Both the position numbers and the translations under genes were made by a program. The notes beneath the pieces were generated by a model, which worked only from the letters and a program-made list of their open reading frames with translations, did no database searches and was not told the origin of the DNA. From Octopus vulgaris (taxonomy: Eukaryota): a stretch of 64,000 nt of DNA. Of this stretch, positions 1 through 13,184 are shown piece after piece (position 1 is the first letter of the stretch; every line of letters starts with the position of its first letter). The DNA lies in NCBI GenBank assembly GCA_951406725.2, contig OX597818.1, positions 22,134,001-22,198,000 on the forward strand, in the 5' to 3' direction.

Positions 1-2491
1 GTTGAGAAGCAAGCTTCTTACCACACAGCCATGCCTTTATACATGCTCTAAGTTATTATCCACAGCTTTGTACAGTAGTGGGGTTGAAATTTGCAGTGGG
101 ACAAATTTTAAAGCTGGTCACAGGTTATGTGATTTTTCCCATGCTTTCTATAAACCAAGGCAATGTTGTCAGTTTCTTATGTGTTGTAATTTAAATGTTT
201 ATTGAGAAATTTCTTTGTTTATTTCATGATATTTATTATTTGTTTAGTCTGAAGAAAGATGTTGTTCCCATGACCTTTGCAACCTATCTAAAACTGGTAA
301 AGTTGGTGTGCTTAACATTCCTCTTGAAGAGATGCAAATGAGACATGTGTGGGGAGAAGATTCCAGAGGGCCAACACTCAGGAGAGGAAGGAATGGTTAG
401 TATTGTGTTTGGTACTGGTAGTGGACATAATATGAGTGGTGAGTTGAGATACAAGTGAACTGAGGATACCCAAACAGAGATGGCAGGAGACCAGTCAGCA
501 CTAAGGATCTGAAGCCATTGCAGTGTCAGTGAAAAAAAAAAAAAAGAGAGGAGACATGTCTATGGACTAGAGCTTGGAGTGTGTTGGTGAGTGACTTTAT
601 GCCAGTCAGCTGAGTGGCTTCTTTAGATGCTCTAGGATATCAGTGTATATCAAACACTATCTCTGATCCAGGAATGGCACTCCATTGTGGGTCTTGAACT
701 TTGTAGAAAGTTAAAAATTGCTGAGAATCTGAAATACTTATGGATGTCTATGTGATGCTATTTTGACTATGTTTTTGATCTGTATTTGTTAGGAGAGATC
801 CTCAGTGAAGGCAAAGTCTAACATATGTAGCAATCTTGAAAATTCTAATTACAAACTGTTTATGTTTAAGGACAGACTGGGGTGTGGTAAGGCTATAATG
901 TTTTCCACCACCACCATCATCATTGTAAATTAGCATGCATATGATGTGCTGCAATGAGTTAGATGATTTGAAAGGATTTGACAAGTCAGAGGACTGTGTC
1001 AGGTTCCAATGTTTGTGTTTCTGATTTGGCATGGTTTCTACAGCTGGATGACCTTCCTAACACCAACCACTTTACAGAGTACACTGGGTGCTTTTCCATA
1101 TCAACAGTACTAATAAGATCATCAAGTAGCTTGCAAAACAAGGTCCCTTGATAGAGGGGAGGTAGTATTGAGGGAGGTGGTTTATGCCAGGTGTTCAGAG
1201 GCTACAGCATGACAGTTAAATAGGAACAGGTGTCTTGCTGTAAATGAGACACATGGTTACTCCAGCTGGTAAAGGAGAAAAGAAGGGGTAATGAAGTATC
1301 AGGATGTACCTTCAAGGTACAAGTTGGTGAAGGTGCAACAGAAGAACAGGTGAGAGGGGTAGGGGCAGAGGATGTGTTTAATGATTGTGTTTTTTGTATT
1401 GCTCATGTGTAATGATTGTGTATTGATTGTTGACAAAACTGACATAATCCACTGGAGAATATTTATGGCATTTTATTTCATGGAATCAATGTAGATTTGG
1501 TTTGCGATGTCTAGGCTGCATGTGAATATTTGGAGAAATGAAGGCTGGTATATCATCTTCGCGAGAGTGACCATTGTAGAAAGTGACAGCAAGTAAGTCA
1601 CTGATGTATAGGAGGAAGAGTTTGCAGACAAAACCAAACTCTGCAGCACAGAGTTGATAGAATGTGGGTCAGAAACTCTATTAGCACACATCATAATGGT
1701 GTAATCTGATAAGAAGCCACAGATACAAGAGACTTGTTTTTGATGATTTCTATTACTTTTATTACAGAATATTATTATGGAATTTGTTGTTAAATTCTAT
1801 ATCTTTTTTAATAAAAAAAATTCCTTTTACAGGACACCATGTTTGAAGGCATATAAATGTTTGCTTCCAAGATAATACTTCTCTTCATATTATAGCTATC
1901 TACTCAGTTGAAATGCACTACATTACTCATTGCATAAATTCGATTTTGTTTTTTGCATTTTTAAAGAGATTTTGATTTCCTCTGCTTCACTAATTTATAT
2001 CAAATTTCAAAAGTTGAAATAGTGACAAGAACCCTCAAAAAGATCGATCAATAAGTCTATTCAGTTACTACAATGCACAATTCTTCTATCGAAACTAACA
2101 GGCAAAGTCTGATGATTATGCAAAGTCTATAGAACAGAGTTTGGGAAATGATATATCAATAATGATAGGGAAATGTGGGTGCTTTGAATAGGATTATCTA
2201 GCAGTGGTACACAGAATGCTAAAGATTTCTGTTGGAAGATTCTATTCATGATTATAGGGAAACAATAATATTGAACTGACTCTTCACTATTGCTTCATAC
2301 GACAATGTATAGAAGTGACAGTCTATATTTCTTGTCCATAGTTTCATATATTACACACTTAAATGCTTCTGGGAAGGAAATACCAATCATTCCCATGAAT
2401 GCATTTGTGATCAGTCAGTGTGAAGAAACTTATTTATTGAAGTTCATATATCAATGAAGTTTTACAGTTCTATATTTAAGAGATGAGGAAC

Positions 2492-3257
2492 ATTATTTAC
2501 ATTTGACGGATATTTGTCTTCATCTCTGTTAACACAACGTTTTTTCATCAGGTGTCTTGGGGAAATTTCAAACCTGCGTTCTCATTCATTCCTAAAGTAT
2601 TTTTCAATATTATTATTGTTATTATTATTATTCAGGTCTGGAATCGAACTCGGAATCTTGGGGTTAGCAGCCCATGCCCTTAACCACTAAGCCATATGGG
2701 CAATTATGGAGTGAATTTTAGGGCTTATAAATCTAATATTTTCCTATTCTTCCTTAATACTGGTTCCCATATACTACTCATATCTGCACTTGGTCTGCTT
2801 AGGAGGTTGCTGTGTCCTAACACATGCTGCTTCTTTTAGTTTTCGTATTTTCCAGTGGTGTTCTCTATTTATTATTTCAACTTCATCCACAGGGGGAGGT
2901 GGTCTCCATTTTTCCATACATGATCAGCTATACTCGATTTATCAATATCTCCTCATGTCACAGCTTTGCAATGTTCATCTACCCTTATTTTGAGGGGGCA
3001 GCATGCTTCGCCTTTGTATAACTTACCACAGCTGCATGGGATGGAGTACATGCAGTCTTTGGTCATATTCTCTTCTATTGGTGTAGTGGTTAACAACAAC
3101 AACAACGCTGCCACTGCCACCACCACCACAACAGGAATGAGAACTCAGGTTCAAAATTTCCCTAAGACACCTGATGAAGGCCAGATGGTATATCAGCCAA
3201 AATGTGTTAAGAACAAACAAGATGAGGACAAATATCTGTCAAATGTAAATAATGTAT
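2492..3257. mobile_element. Non-autonomous Penelope-like element with inverted terminal repeats carrying decayed hammerhead motifs and an internal tRNA-like segment
   Basis: About 2492-2590 is the reverse complement of about 3135-3257. Both arms contain GACAC-CTGATGA...GTGTT. A tRNA-like segment with A box TGGCTTAGTGG and B box GTTCGATTCC lies on the minus strand at about 2633-2700. Confidence 0.55.
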
Positions 3258-4802
3258 CAATGAAGTTTTATATCAATGTAACTCAATCACTAGGAAGATA
3301 AAAGTTGATTGTTTTTCTTTTATTGTTGTTGTTGGTATCAAGGAACCCCAATAAGCATTTCTCATTATAGACTTGTGGTAAAGTGGCAGTTGATAAAACA
3401 CTAAGTAGAGGGCCACAGGCTCATCCCAAATTGCCTGATTCCACTGTGTAGCACTTCATTGTGTGAGTGCAGAAGTGGCAGAGCAATAAGGTCTCTTCGG
3501 GTTTGCATTAGTGCATTGGCTGGGATTATCCAGAGGGTGATTACTGTTAATTAATTATGTATGTTAGAGGTTTCTGGTAGTGACTACAGGGGGACAATAA
3601 TGTTGGACTGAATTTACTGCTGTTTGGTAGTCTTTATTCTTTGGAATGATAGCTCATCATAGAACCTGGGCTTGCAGAGGGAATTGAGATTGAGGTGATA
3701 CAGAGTTATAAGGTTATTTGTGGAGTTAGAACCAAATGAAAAAGAGGAAGGGAATTGCTTGAGGTTAAAGGATAATAGCTATCTAAAGGAGGATGCTCCA
3801 TGATAGAAGAGTTTAACATGGAAAAGACTGTAGCATACATTAGCAAGTAACCAGGATCAGAGTTCAGACCTAATGGCAAAGTTGACTCTGGTCTAAGACA
3901 GAGCATTTACAAATTGATCTAGTATTTATAACTAAACTGAGGAAAACAAGAATATGCCAGCAGTGGATATGAAGTTGTGATCCAGAAGCAAGTAGACAGA
4001 TACTCTATCCATCTTCTGATACTACTTAAAAAAGTTCTCAACGTCCACAAGTCATTGGAGGAAATGTAATTATAGAGACCATATGGTTTGAAACAAATTA
4101 CTATGAACTGCACTGACAAGTGCAGATTAACAAAACATAATGAAGATGCATTAAGTATAGTAGCCTACACTTAAATGTATGTTTTTCATGCGAAAGGCAT
4201 TCCTAAGAAATTTTCCAATGTCATTACACAAAATTGTATTCCTCATCTTTTAAAGTGGTTTCTATTTTATTTCTTATTTTTTAAAATATTAAATGAAGAA
4301 TATAGTGATTGGCAGAAGAATGTTTTGGCGTCTTGTCATTTATAATTTTTGTATATTGAGAGTCAGATGGAAACAGCTATTAGAAATAGCTCAGTCAATT
4401 TGAATCAGTTTAAGGTGTGAATGTAATAATAGCAGACATCTTTACATTTGTGCCTGGAAGCAGAAAATGCAATCATTGTTGAAAAAAATCATTCAAGTGA
4501 TTTATACAAAAATGTAACTTTCAATAGCTAATCAAAAAGTAAGATACAATATAATCCCACACCCACTTCATTTGTTAATTTTATATCTTAGTAGATGCTG
4601 TTATGATGTTGCAATATCAACATCAGTCTAAGAAAATAACTATTTAAATGATCAGCAAATCACTCAAGTCTATGAGAAATTACAAATAAATCATTTAAAA
4701 AAAAAAACAGGAAGGCGTTGTGTAGATACAAAATTTGCTATCACAGATTCAGATAAAATTCATACCATGAATTTTTTTTTTTTTCTAAAAAATCATGATG
4801 AT

Positions 4803-5708
4803 TCAGTTCCCTCGAAAGATTGAATACAGTACAGGCAGAGTTAAAGCAAATGCTGCATAAATGAAAGTCACTGTTGCTAAAGAGTGCAATTTCAGGCGTT
4901 GTTCCAGTTTCCGATTATTGTCTTCAAGATGATGATCAATATCAGGGTTAATATAGATAATGCCATCTTTGTTTACATCCATGTGAGTTTTTTGTAGGAG
5001 TTCTTTAATGGCTGACAGTTCAATTGTTAGGAATTTGTCCTGGTGTTTAAGGCAGGTCAATAACTCTGCAGTTTGCTGCTCCAGTTTTTGGGAGCTACCA
5101 GTTAAGAAAGCAGCACTTGAATCTTTAGCGTGTTCCTTATTGTAATGAATAAATTGTTCTCCGATATTAGAGAGAGTTGCTGGAGTTAACACATTTGATT
5201 TCAATAGACCATGTAACTCAGAGATGAAAGTCTCTGTTGAAGCCAATTGTTTCTTTAAAGCAGTAATTACCTTCTCTGTTAAAGCCCTTTGCTGTTGCCC
5301 CTCTTCAGTAGATTTGGTCACAATTGAACGTAACTCATTCATTCTCATTTTGTTGTTTATGGTTGTACCAATGATGCCTAGCAAGGCACCAATAATGGAA
5401 CCAATAACAGACCAATATTTGGTTTTCTCAGATTGGGCACGTTCTTTTTCATGACTTTCTCGTACTGATATTGATAGAGCTGTGAAATGTTCTTTCTCTA
5501 GCTTTTCAAGATCGCTTAAATCATTGTTTAAGTTTGCCTCTCTCTGTATGATTGCATGCTCTTGAGTTAGCAATGCCAAGTACTTATCATCTGCTCGGTT
5601 TATCTTCTCCAGCTCAGCATTGATCTTCCGAAGATTCATTTGAATTTCAAAAAGTTCATGACTTTTTTGGCGGCGCTGTTCTTGAATTTTCAAAAAATTT
5701 TTCTCAGA
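4803..5708 (-). CDS. CCDC51: CCDC51 coding exon 2
   Basis: Acceptor CAG|TCTGAG; open frame SEKNFLKIQ...IFRGN to TGA at 4805-4803. Confidence 0.92.
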   Translation of the reverse strand, partial: SEKNFLKIQEQRRQKSHELFEIQMNLRKINAELEKINRADDKYLALLTQEHAIIQREANLNNDLSDLEKLEKEHFTALSISVRESHEKERAQSEKTKYWSVIGSIIGALLGIIGTTINNKMRMNELRSIVTKSTEEGQQQRALTEKVITALKKQLASTETFISELHGLLKSNVLTPATLSNIGEQFIHYNKEHAKDSSAAFLTGSSQKLEQQTAELLTCLKHQDKFLTIELSAIKELLQKTHMDVNKDGIIYINPDIDHHLEDNNRKLEQRLKLHSLATVTFIYAAFALTLPVLYSIFRGN

Positions 5709-8700
5709 CTGTAAAAGAGATAAATATATATATGCATGATAGGGTTACGTTTATTGACAACATATTGCAAGCATAATTAAAAAAATTAATGAAATAATGA
5801 AACAACTTAAGTGGACCAATAGCATGAATTAAAGTAAAAGGGTGATAAAAATTCTCTTCTTAATTGGAGAAAGAAAGCCAAAACCTAGCAGTAATTATTA
5901 ATACCTTCAAAAAACGGGAATATAATTCCAAAACCTAATTTACATGCTTTGGGAAAAATTTGATCTGCTATAGACATGTTTTGGTCATATTGGACCGCAC
6001 CAGTATAAAAATTTCCCCAAGCTTGGTGTGATCAATTAACAGAGGTTTATATGTGTGTGTGCATGTTTTGAATATATATATATATATATATACATATATA
6101 GATACATATGTAAACATATATAGATACATACATAGATACATATATATACTCTTTTACTTGTTTCAGATATTTGACTGCAGCCATGCTGGAGCACCGACTT
6201 TAGTCGAGCAAATCAACCCCAGGCTTCTTTGTAAGCCTAGTACTTATTCTATCGGTCTCTTTTGCTGAACTGCTAAGTTACGGGGACGTAAACACACCAG
6301 CATCGGTTGTCAAGCAATGTTGGGTGAGGGGGACAAACACAGACACACAAACACATACATATATGTGGCATGTTTGGTAGCCTTCAACTAACACTATCTC
6401 CTCCAAGACTCTGCGGCACAAGTTGACCAAAATTGAGAGTATGATAGAAGAAGGCTTGCTCTTCATTCCATAGAAGAAAAAATTCAAATTGGACCATGTT
6501 AACACCAAAAATTATTTACATCAAAAAGGTGCATTTTTTCTATGAAAATCCTTATTTTTTACGATTTTTTTTACTGCTGTGTTGCCATTTTTCGGTGTAT
6601 TTCAACCAGAAAAATGTTCACTTAAAGAGAATAACAAGCTACATAATGCAAAATTTTTACTTTTCAAACATTCCAATTCTAAAGGGTCGAAAAGAAAACA
6701 AACCCAAGGAACACCGGGGTATACTGCTATAGTATATATATATATATCATCATCATCATCATTTAACATCCATTTTCCATGCTGGCATGGGATGGATGGT
6801 TTGACCAGAATTGTATATATATATATATGATTATTATTATTAGGAAAACTATTTCTGTCTTTAGTAACTAATTTAATACTATATTATTCCATTATATTAT
6901 GATTCTTATTATTCAAATCAGCTCTGCATATTCAATCATGTTCAGTATTTTGCATTAAACTACATATTTTGTATTTGAAGTAAATTAAAGCTACCTTAGT
7001 TCTAGTATAAATCTATTTCAATCTTTCTTACATCAATGGATGTGATTCTAAAATTAGATTGTTTTGGCACTAATACCAGCAACATTGCCCAGAAATAGTA
7101 ACACTAATACAAGAGTTTCATTCATTGTTTTATGAGCTTCAACAGATCATCAGAAGGTCACCAAACTGAGTGTGCTAATTAATAATATCTTTCTGGCCAT
7201 TTTTGAACATATATCTGCATCAAGCTGTTATTGCCACACTTCAAAGTATTTATGTCAAACCAAAAATGAAATTTCCTTATGATATTTGCTAGCAAATTGG
7301 AAACAGGACCTTGGTGAAAGTTTAGACCAATACTTAAAGAGCCTGAAAATTTTACCCTTTAGCATTTAAACTGGCCATATCTGGTCCATATATTTTATCT
7401 ATTTTATGTTCAAACCTACAATATCATTCTAAAAATAAACAATCACCTCACTGAAATCTCAATGATACAAGATAATGAATGATTAATTCAAAACAATGTG
7501 AATAAAAAGATATTACATTAGACATTGTAACCTTCTACTCTAAATGGCTGAAAAATGCATAAATGACTTCATCAACACCTTTATATTCTAACTGTATTCA
7601 TCAATGGCTACTTAATCACAAATCTCTTAACCTAGAGACTGCATTCAAACAAGCCAGAATGCTAGAAATAGCATAAAAACAGTTGATATCCTATGTGAGT
7701 TGCTACTCAACTGACACAGCATTAATCCAGTGAAACTCAGGCCTAAACTGAAGAAGTTAAAAAACATACCAGACTCAGATGTTACAACCATGATTACATT
7801 AGGGTTTAGTTATTCTTTTGTAGCCTCACCAGGTATCCTACAATGCTATGACTGAGTAAAGACATTAGATACAGCTTCTATCACTTATTGTATGTTCATT
7901 TTTCTAGGCTGCCATCGGTATGATAAGTACTTATTTGAGACAGCATTTTAGGTCTAGATGCTCTTCCTGTCACTAACCATTACTTGTTTTCCAAGTGAAG
8001 GATTATTTTTATTTCACAACTTTGAGCACAGTCATGGGATGTAATGTTCACTAGGAAAGAAAAATGATGAGAGTGAGTGATAGGAGGTGGCTCCAAGAGA
8101 AGGAGGTAATTGGTGAAACAAAAAGGGGAGATGAAATATGTGCTAATTCTGATCTCAAGTGATTATTGCAGTCAAGTAGTACCATAGACAGAAGAGTGCT
8201 GGAAGGATGAGATGTGAGGAATGATTGAGATATGTATAGGAATGAACAAATGGTGGAGGGTAGAGGCCTCTTTAGCTCCACTCCAGTCTATGCTGTAAAG
8301 TGGTTGTTGATGAGAATGGTATCCAGTAGTAAAACTAGATCAAAATTACCATGCTATCAAAGTTGATTTGCTTATCTCTGTTGTTCGGTGTACAAGCTGA
8401 CAAGGAACTGTAATTACTGGTAAGATGCAGTTAGAGCCATCCAACCCATGCCATATAAAAAGTGAACAGAAAATAATTATATATATATATATAAGACTGA
8501 GAAAAGGGTCAGGTCAGATGTGGGGGCATGCGCTGTTGTAGTGCATTGCTGCATTCACTATTTGTCGATATATTCCTGGGTCTCCCCCAGGTAAGCCATC
8601 AAGCAGATTCCCAGTCAGTTCCCTCTTCATGAGATATCTTCTCATCTGTCGTGACCATGTGGCATGTGCTCAACATGAGCCAGCAACCTAGCTGGATTCT

Positions 8701-9956
8701 CAGTGAAGAGAATATGGTAAGCAGGGTCTAACTTGGAAAATCAAACAGCATGGCCAAGCAGACTGTTTGGGAGAGAGGAAGATTACTGACAAATGGCTAG
8801 CAGAAGATAATTAGGTAACAATGGCAATGATTAGATAATTTATTTGAATCCCAGCTTTCACTCCACTTTCAGTCTTCGATGCTCTCAATTTATGGACATA
8901 GAAGAATTAGAAGTCTTTTTCTAGCTAACCAAACTGATACTGTCAGCAAACAAATCTTCATAATAGTCACAAGCATTTATAGTCGCTGATGTTGTAAAGC
9001 CCAAGGTTAGCTCTGACCCTGCAAACCTATGATCAACAATGTTCCATCTTTTCTTATATTCAGATGGTGTACCGAGGACTACATCATCCACTGTACATTT
9101 CTTTATTGAAAATAGGACGTGATATGTGGAAGATTTGGCTGTTATATCTAGTAGATGTAGAGATCACTAAGAGGTGTCCTTTGGCATGATATTGATGAGC
9201 TCCGGATCATCCCTAAACCTGCGGATCCACAATCAGAGATATTCCAACCGAGACCTTCCCATCGTTCTTTGTTGTTTTCTTCCCGTCATATTGTATCTAG
9301 GACTACAATTTCGAGTGGGACTAGTGAAGTGAAATTGTAACTCAACCTGCTGCCGGCGGTGAATACAGACGGAATAAAAGATAACTTTAAGAAATCAACA
9401 GTTCAAAGTTAGGAACACTATAATTTAAGTAATATGTCAGATCTTTGTTGAAAGAAAGGAACAAAACCAATTATTGTGTAGGCGACTAAACATGAAAAAG
9501 AAACAAAAATTAAATACAATGTCAACTTCCTTAGAATTTAACCGCAGAATAATGAAAAGGTGTTATGACAACACTATAGATTATTTCATATAGATGAAAG
9601 AAAAATGAGAAAAAAGTTTAAGTTGGTTTCTGTCTGTTCATACGATTCATAGACGAGAAGAATACTTAGTTAATTATCTGATAAGGTGCGTAATAACTGG
9701 AAAAAAGGACAGAAGTTATGTGACTCACTTCAATAACCTTACTCTGTGCTGCTTTCACATCAGACAAACCAATGAATTCTTCGTAGGTTTGCATCAGTTT
9801 CCCAGCTTTGCCATTGGTCAACGAAATCTTGGAAAGTTTGGATAAATTCATATTCGTCAGTTGACGTTTATGTAGGAAAGTTCGAGTAAAGTTTAACAGT
9901 GGTCTTGCCGAAATTAAGAAGATACCAGGATATCGGCAAATATACTGGACAGCCAT
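4803..9956 (-). CDS. CCDC51: Coiled-coil domain-containing protein 51 / mitochondrial potassium channel subunit MITOK-like, 2 coding exons (9956-9729, 5708-4803), 377 aa
   Basis: Exon 1 has a basic N-terminus (mitochondrial-presequence-like) and YEEFIGLSDVKAAQSKVIE. Donor GAA|GTGAGT at 9729 and acceptor TTTTACAG|TCT at 5708 join in phase 0. Exon 2 has the family motif VRESHEKERAQSEKTKYWSVIGSIIGALLGIIGTTINN plus a C-terminal TM segment. Family recognised from memory, no database search. Confidence 0.9.
9729..9956 (-). CDS. CCDC51: CCDC51 coding exon 1 (76 codons)
   Basis: ATG at 9956; donor GAA|GTGAGT; phase 0. Confidence 0.85.
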
Positions 9957-10098
9957 ATTTCGAGAGGAGGAAGTTGGTTTCTTATGAGTTGAGTCCCTTG
10001 TTAATTGGATCCTTATTCAAATTCTTAACACCATTCCTCCCACGTTTTTCGAGAATAGATTTATTCAGCTGTTTTTGTTGGAATTACAATTAGTAGCG

Positions 10099-10191
10099 TG
10101 ACCTTACTACAGACATACACGTATAGCAAATATAGAAGGTCACTAGAAATGGTGGTCGATATAAAGTGGCAGGAACCTACCTGAAAGGTCA
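10099..10191. promoter_or_regulatory. Three AAGGTCA nuclear-receptor half-sites in the CCDC51 upstream region
   Basis: TGACCTT 10099-10105, AAGGTCA 10136-10142 and AAGGTCA 10185-10191, about 140-235 bp upstream of the ATG; function is inferred. Confidence 0.35.
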
Positions 10192-10354
10192 AATTTAAAA
10201 CAATATTTATTGGCTTTGAAATTGACTAGCTTTTTTGTTAACTGCAGGTGGTGAGCTCATTATGCATAAATGACAGACGATCGATAGATAATTTCGATAT
10301 AAAACTAGTATAAATATCCGCCAGCAGAACTGAGCTGAACACCGGTGAATTATT

Positions 10355-10552
10355 GTGAGCTGGCAGAAACGTTAGTGCGCCGGGCGAAATGCTGTCGTTA
10401 CGTTCTGAGTTCAAATTCCACCGAGGTCTACTTTGCCTTTCATTCTCTCGGGGTCGATAAATAAAGTACTAGTTTCGCACTAGGTTGATGTAATCGACTT
10501 AATCCCTTTGTCTGTCCCCTCTATGTGTAGCCCCTTGTGGGTAGTAAAGAAA
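10355..10552 (+). mobile_element. Second cephalopod SINE family
   Basis: GAGCTGGCAGAAACGTTAG...GAGTTCAAATTCC...CTTTGCCTTTCAT...GGGGTCGATAAAT; other copies near 21020-21530, 27375, 28208, 32288, 37665, 47955-48470 and 49915-50290. Confidence 0.75.
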
Positions 10553-10672
10553 TATATTTAACTAAGTAGAATAAACGTGTACTAAAACATCTATGCGTTT
10601 TAAATGGTTACAATGAACTCATTCACAATACTTACATCATCATTTAAAAGTAAAGTGAAATAAAAAGACATT

Positions 10673-10743
10673 TGCATCGGCCGGGAATCGAACCCGGGCC
10701 GCCCGCGTGGCAGGCGAGCATTCTACCACTGAACCACCGATGC
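10673..10743 (-). tRNA. tRNA-Gly (anticodon GCC)
   Basis: Reverse complement GCATCGGTGGTTCAGTGGTAGAATGCTCGCCTGCCACGCGGGCGGCCCGGGTTCGATTCCCGGCCGATGCA: 71-nt cloverleaf, acceptor stem GCATCGG/CCGATGC, A and B boxes, T5 Pol III terminator at 10666-10662, TATA-like run upstream. Confidence 0.97.
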
Positions 10744-11493
10744 AGACATGATTAAGTGGACAAATTAAAATATATATAGAGTAAATATTATGTATTAGTG
10801 CTGACATGTTACTAATTTTTTCTGTGATAGTCTAATAAATGAAATGTGTAAGAACTTTGCTTCCCTTATATATCCATATCCAGCACATTAAACATAGGAC
10901 ACTGAAATATAAATTATAAGCTAAGGTGATGTATGACTACGACGCAAAAATTTGAAATGATGCTTCCTTCACTGCAATACTGAGTTCAAGTAAGTGTACA
11001 TATCTCGAAAATGTGTTTTTTGCTTCATACTCAAGTTACTAATCGGACTAACAAATATAGTTAGAAAAATTTTGTAATTCATGGAACATAATCTAAATTT
11101 AGGTGGGTTTTTTTCTCCCCTTCTTCTGGTAGAACTAGTTTCTCGTCAGTAATTTATCTTTGATAATTCCAGACTTGCAATTAATATAATTAGAAAGAAA
11201 AAAAGGAAACAAGTCATCACTGTCTGCATTTCGTTTAATTTTGTCTATCTCTTCGTTTACCATTGACTTGATGGCTACGTAGTGAGTTATGATAACTATA
11301 TAAAACAAGAGTCCCCAACTACCGGACCGCACAGAAATACAGTAATCTGTATTCATATTTTATTGACTGTGGTAGCTTGCAGTGTGTTTCTGCACGATTC
11401 GGTATTAGTATATGACGTCGGTCATACATTACTACGTGCTAGTGTGTGTTTGACTGTTCAGCTCTTGTCTAGCAAATGAAGCAATGAGATACT

Positions 11494-11876
11494 CACACTG
11501 AATACGTCATAGATTTCTACCGAAAGATAGCCCTTTTGAAGTAATATACATACATATACACATACACCGAGTAAAAAATTTCAGTTATCCCTTTCTTTAA
11601 CACATTACTCTGTCTCTTCACACACACTAACAGAAGCACTTCACTTACACAACATACTGTCTGTCTCCCACACCCCATCAAACACACACATACACACATG
11701 TACATCAATGCTTCCCCTGGACGGTAACTTCAAAAGAACTTCCCTCGTCATACAATCGCTTTCTCTTAGTCTCTTTCGCTCTTATTACTTCAAAAGTTCC
11801 CGCAAGCCCATATGTAAAAAAATAAAAGTTTTTTACGGAAATCGACGGAAAGGTCTACTAGAGACGAAAGATCGCC
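11494..11876 (+). mobile_element. Diverged single arm of the same foldback family
   Basis: Colinear with 12784-13184 (CCGAGTAAAA...ACATCAATGCTTC...GAAAGATCGCC). Confidence 0.75.
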
Positions 11877-12323
11877 GCATTTTATTATACTTTATTTTGC
11901 GCGTGATCTGGTCCGTGGAAAAATCGACATGCATGAACCAGTTCGTGTGTGTAAAAAAAAGTTGGTTACCGCTGATGTAAAACACGAAACCGTTGTAGTA
12001 GAAGTATCAAAGTCTTTCCTCGTGCGTCTGCAACGAGAATATGAACTAATAAATAAAAATAAAAGAGTTATCTAATAAAATGCTGTGCACAAACAACAAC
12101 AACAACAAAACGAAAGAAGAAGAAACTCTTCAAATTAATTTACTTGCATAGAAGAGGAGAAACGCTTATCGGAACAGATAAGGGAGAATTATGAGCATGT
12201 TTCGTTCTACTGTATCTCGTCAGTATAAAAGTGTCAACTTTGATCAGTTGCCAAGGATTTTTTAAGAAATAAATTCGGATGGGAAATAATTCAAATAGGC
12301 AAATGGTATGAGTTCTTGAGTAA

Positions 12324-12496
12324 GCGATCTTTCGTTTGTAGTAGCACGTTTCCGTCGATGATTTCCGTAAAAAACTTTTATTTTTTTACATATGGGCTTG
12401 CGGGAACATTTGAAGTAATGAGAGCGAAAGAGACTAAGAGAAAGCGATTTTATGACGAGGGAATTTCTTTGAAGTTACGTCTGGGAAGCATTGATG

Positions 12497-12538
<42 letters not shown>

Positions 12539-13184
12539 ATTGGGTGTGGGAGACAGACAGTATGTTGTGTAAGTGAAGTGCTTCTGTTAGCGTGTGTGAA
12601 GAGACAGAGAGAGTAATGTGTGAAAGAGAGCGATAACTTAAATTTTTTACTCGGTGTATGTGTATATGTATGTATGCATGTATGTGTGTGTGTGTATGTA
12701 TGCATGTATGTGTGTGTGTATGTATGTGTGTATGTATCTATGTATGTGTGTGTGTATGTATGTATGTATGGCCGATTCAGTGTACACTGAATCGGCCATA
12801 CACACATACATACACACACACATACATAGATACATACACACACACACACATACATGCATACATACATATACACATACACCGAGTAAAAATTTCAGTTATT
12901 TCTCTCTTTCACACATTACTCTCTCTGTCTCTTCACACACATTAACAGAAGCACTTCACTTACACAACATACTGTCTGTCTCCCACACACCATCAAACAC
13001 ACACACACACACACATGTACATCAATGCTTCGGTAACTTCAAAAGAAATTCCCTCGTCATAAAATCGCTTCTCTTAGTCTCTTTCGCTCTCATTACTTCA
13101 AATGTTCCCGCAAGCTCATATGTAAAAAATAAAAGTTTTTTACGGAAATCGACGGAAACGTGCTACTACAAACGAAAGATCGCC
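12324..13184. mobile_element. Foldback (fully palindromic) non-autonomous DNA transposon, Mutator-like by TSD length
   Basis: About 400-460-bp inverted arms meeting without spacer at GGCCGATTCAGTGT|ACACTGAATCGGCC (12783/12784). Termini GCGATCTTTCG.../...CGAAAGATCGCC. 9-bp direct repeat CTTGAGTAA at 12315-12323 and 13185-13193. Confidence 0.8.

Noticed and set aside
240-1760. Possible old LINE fragments on the minus strand
   Set aside because: Too decayed to read reliable RT motifs by eye.
2633-2700. Possible second tRNA gene
   Set aside because: The acceptor stem does not pair and the segment is embedded in a repeat, so it is treated as a tRNA-derived promoter.
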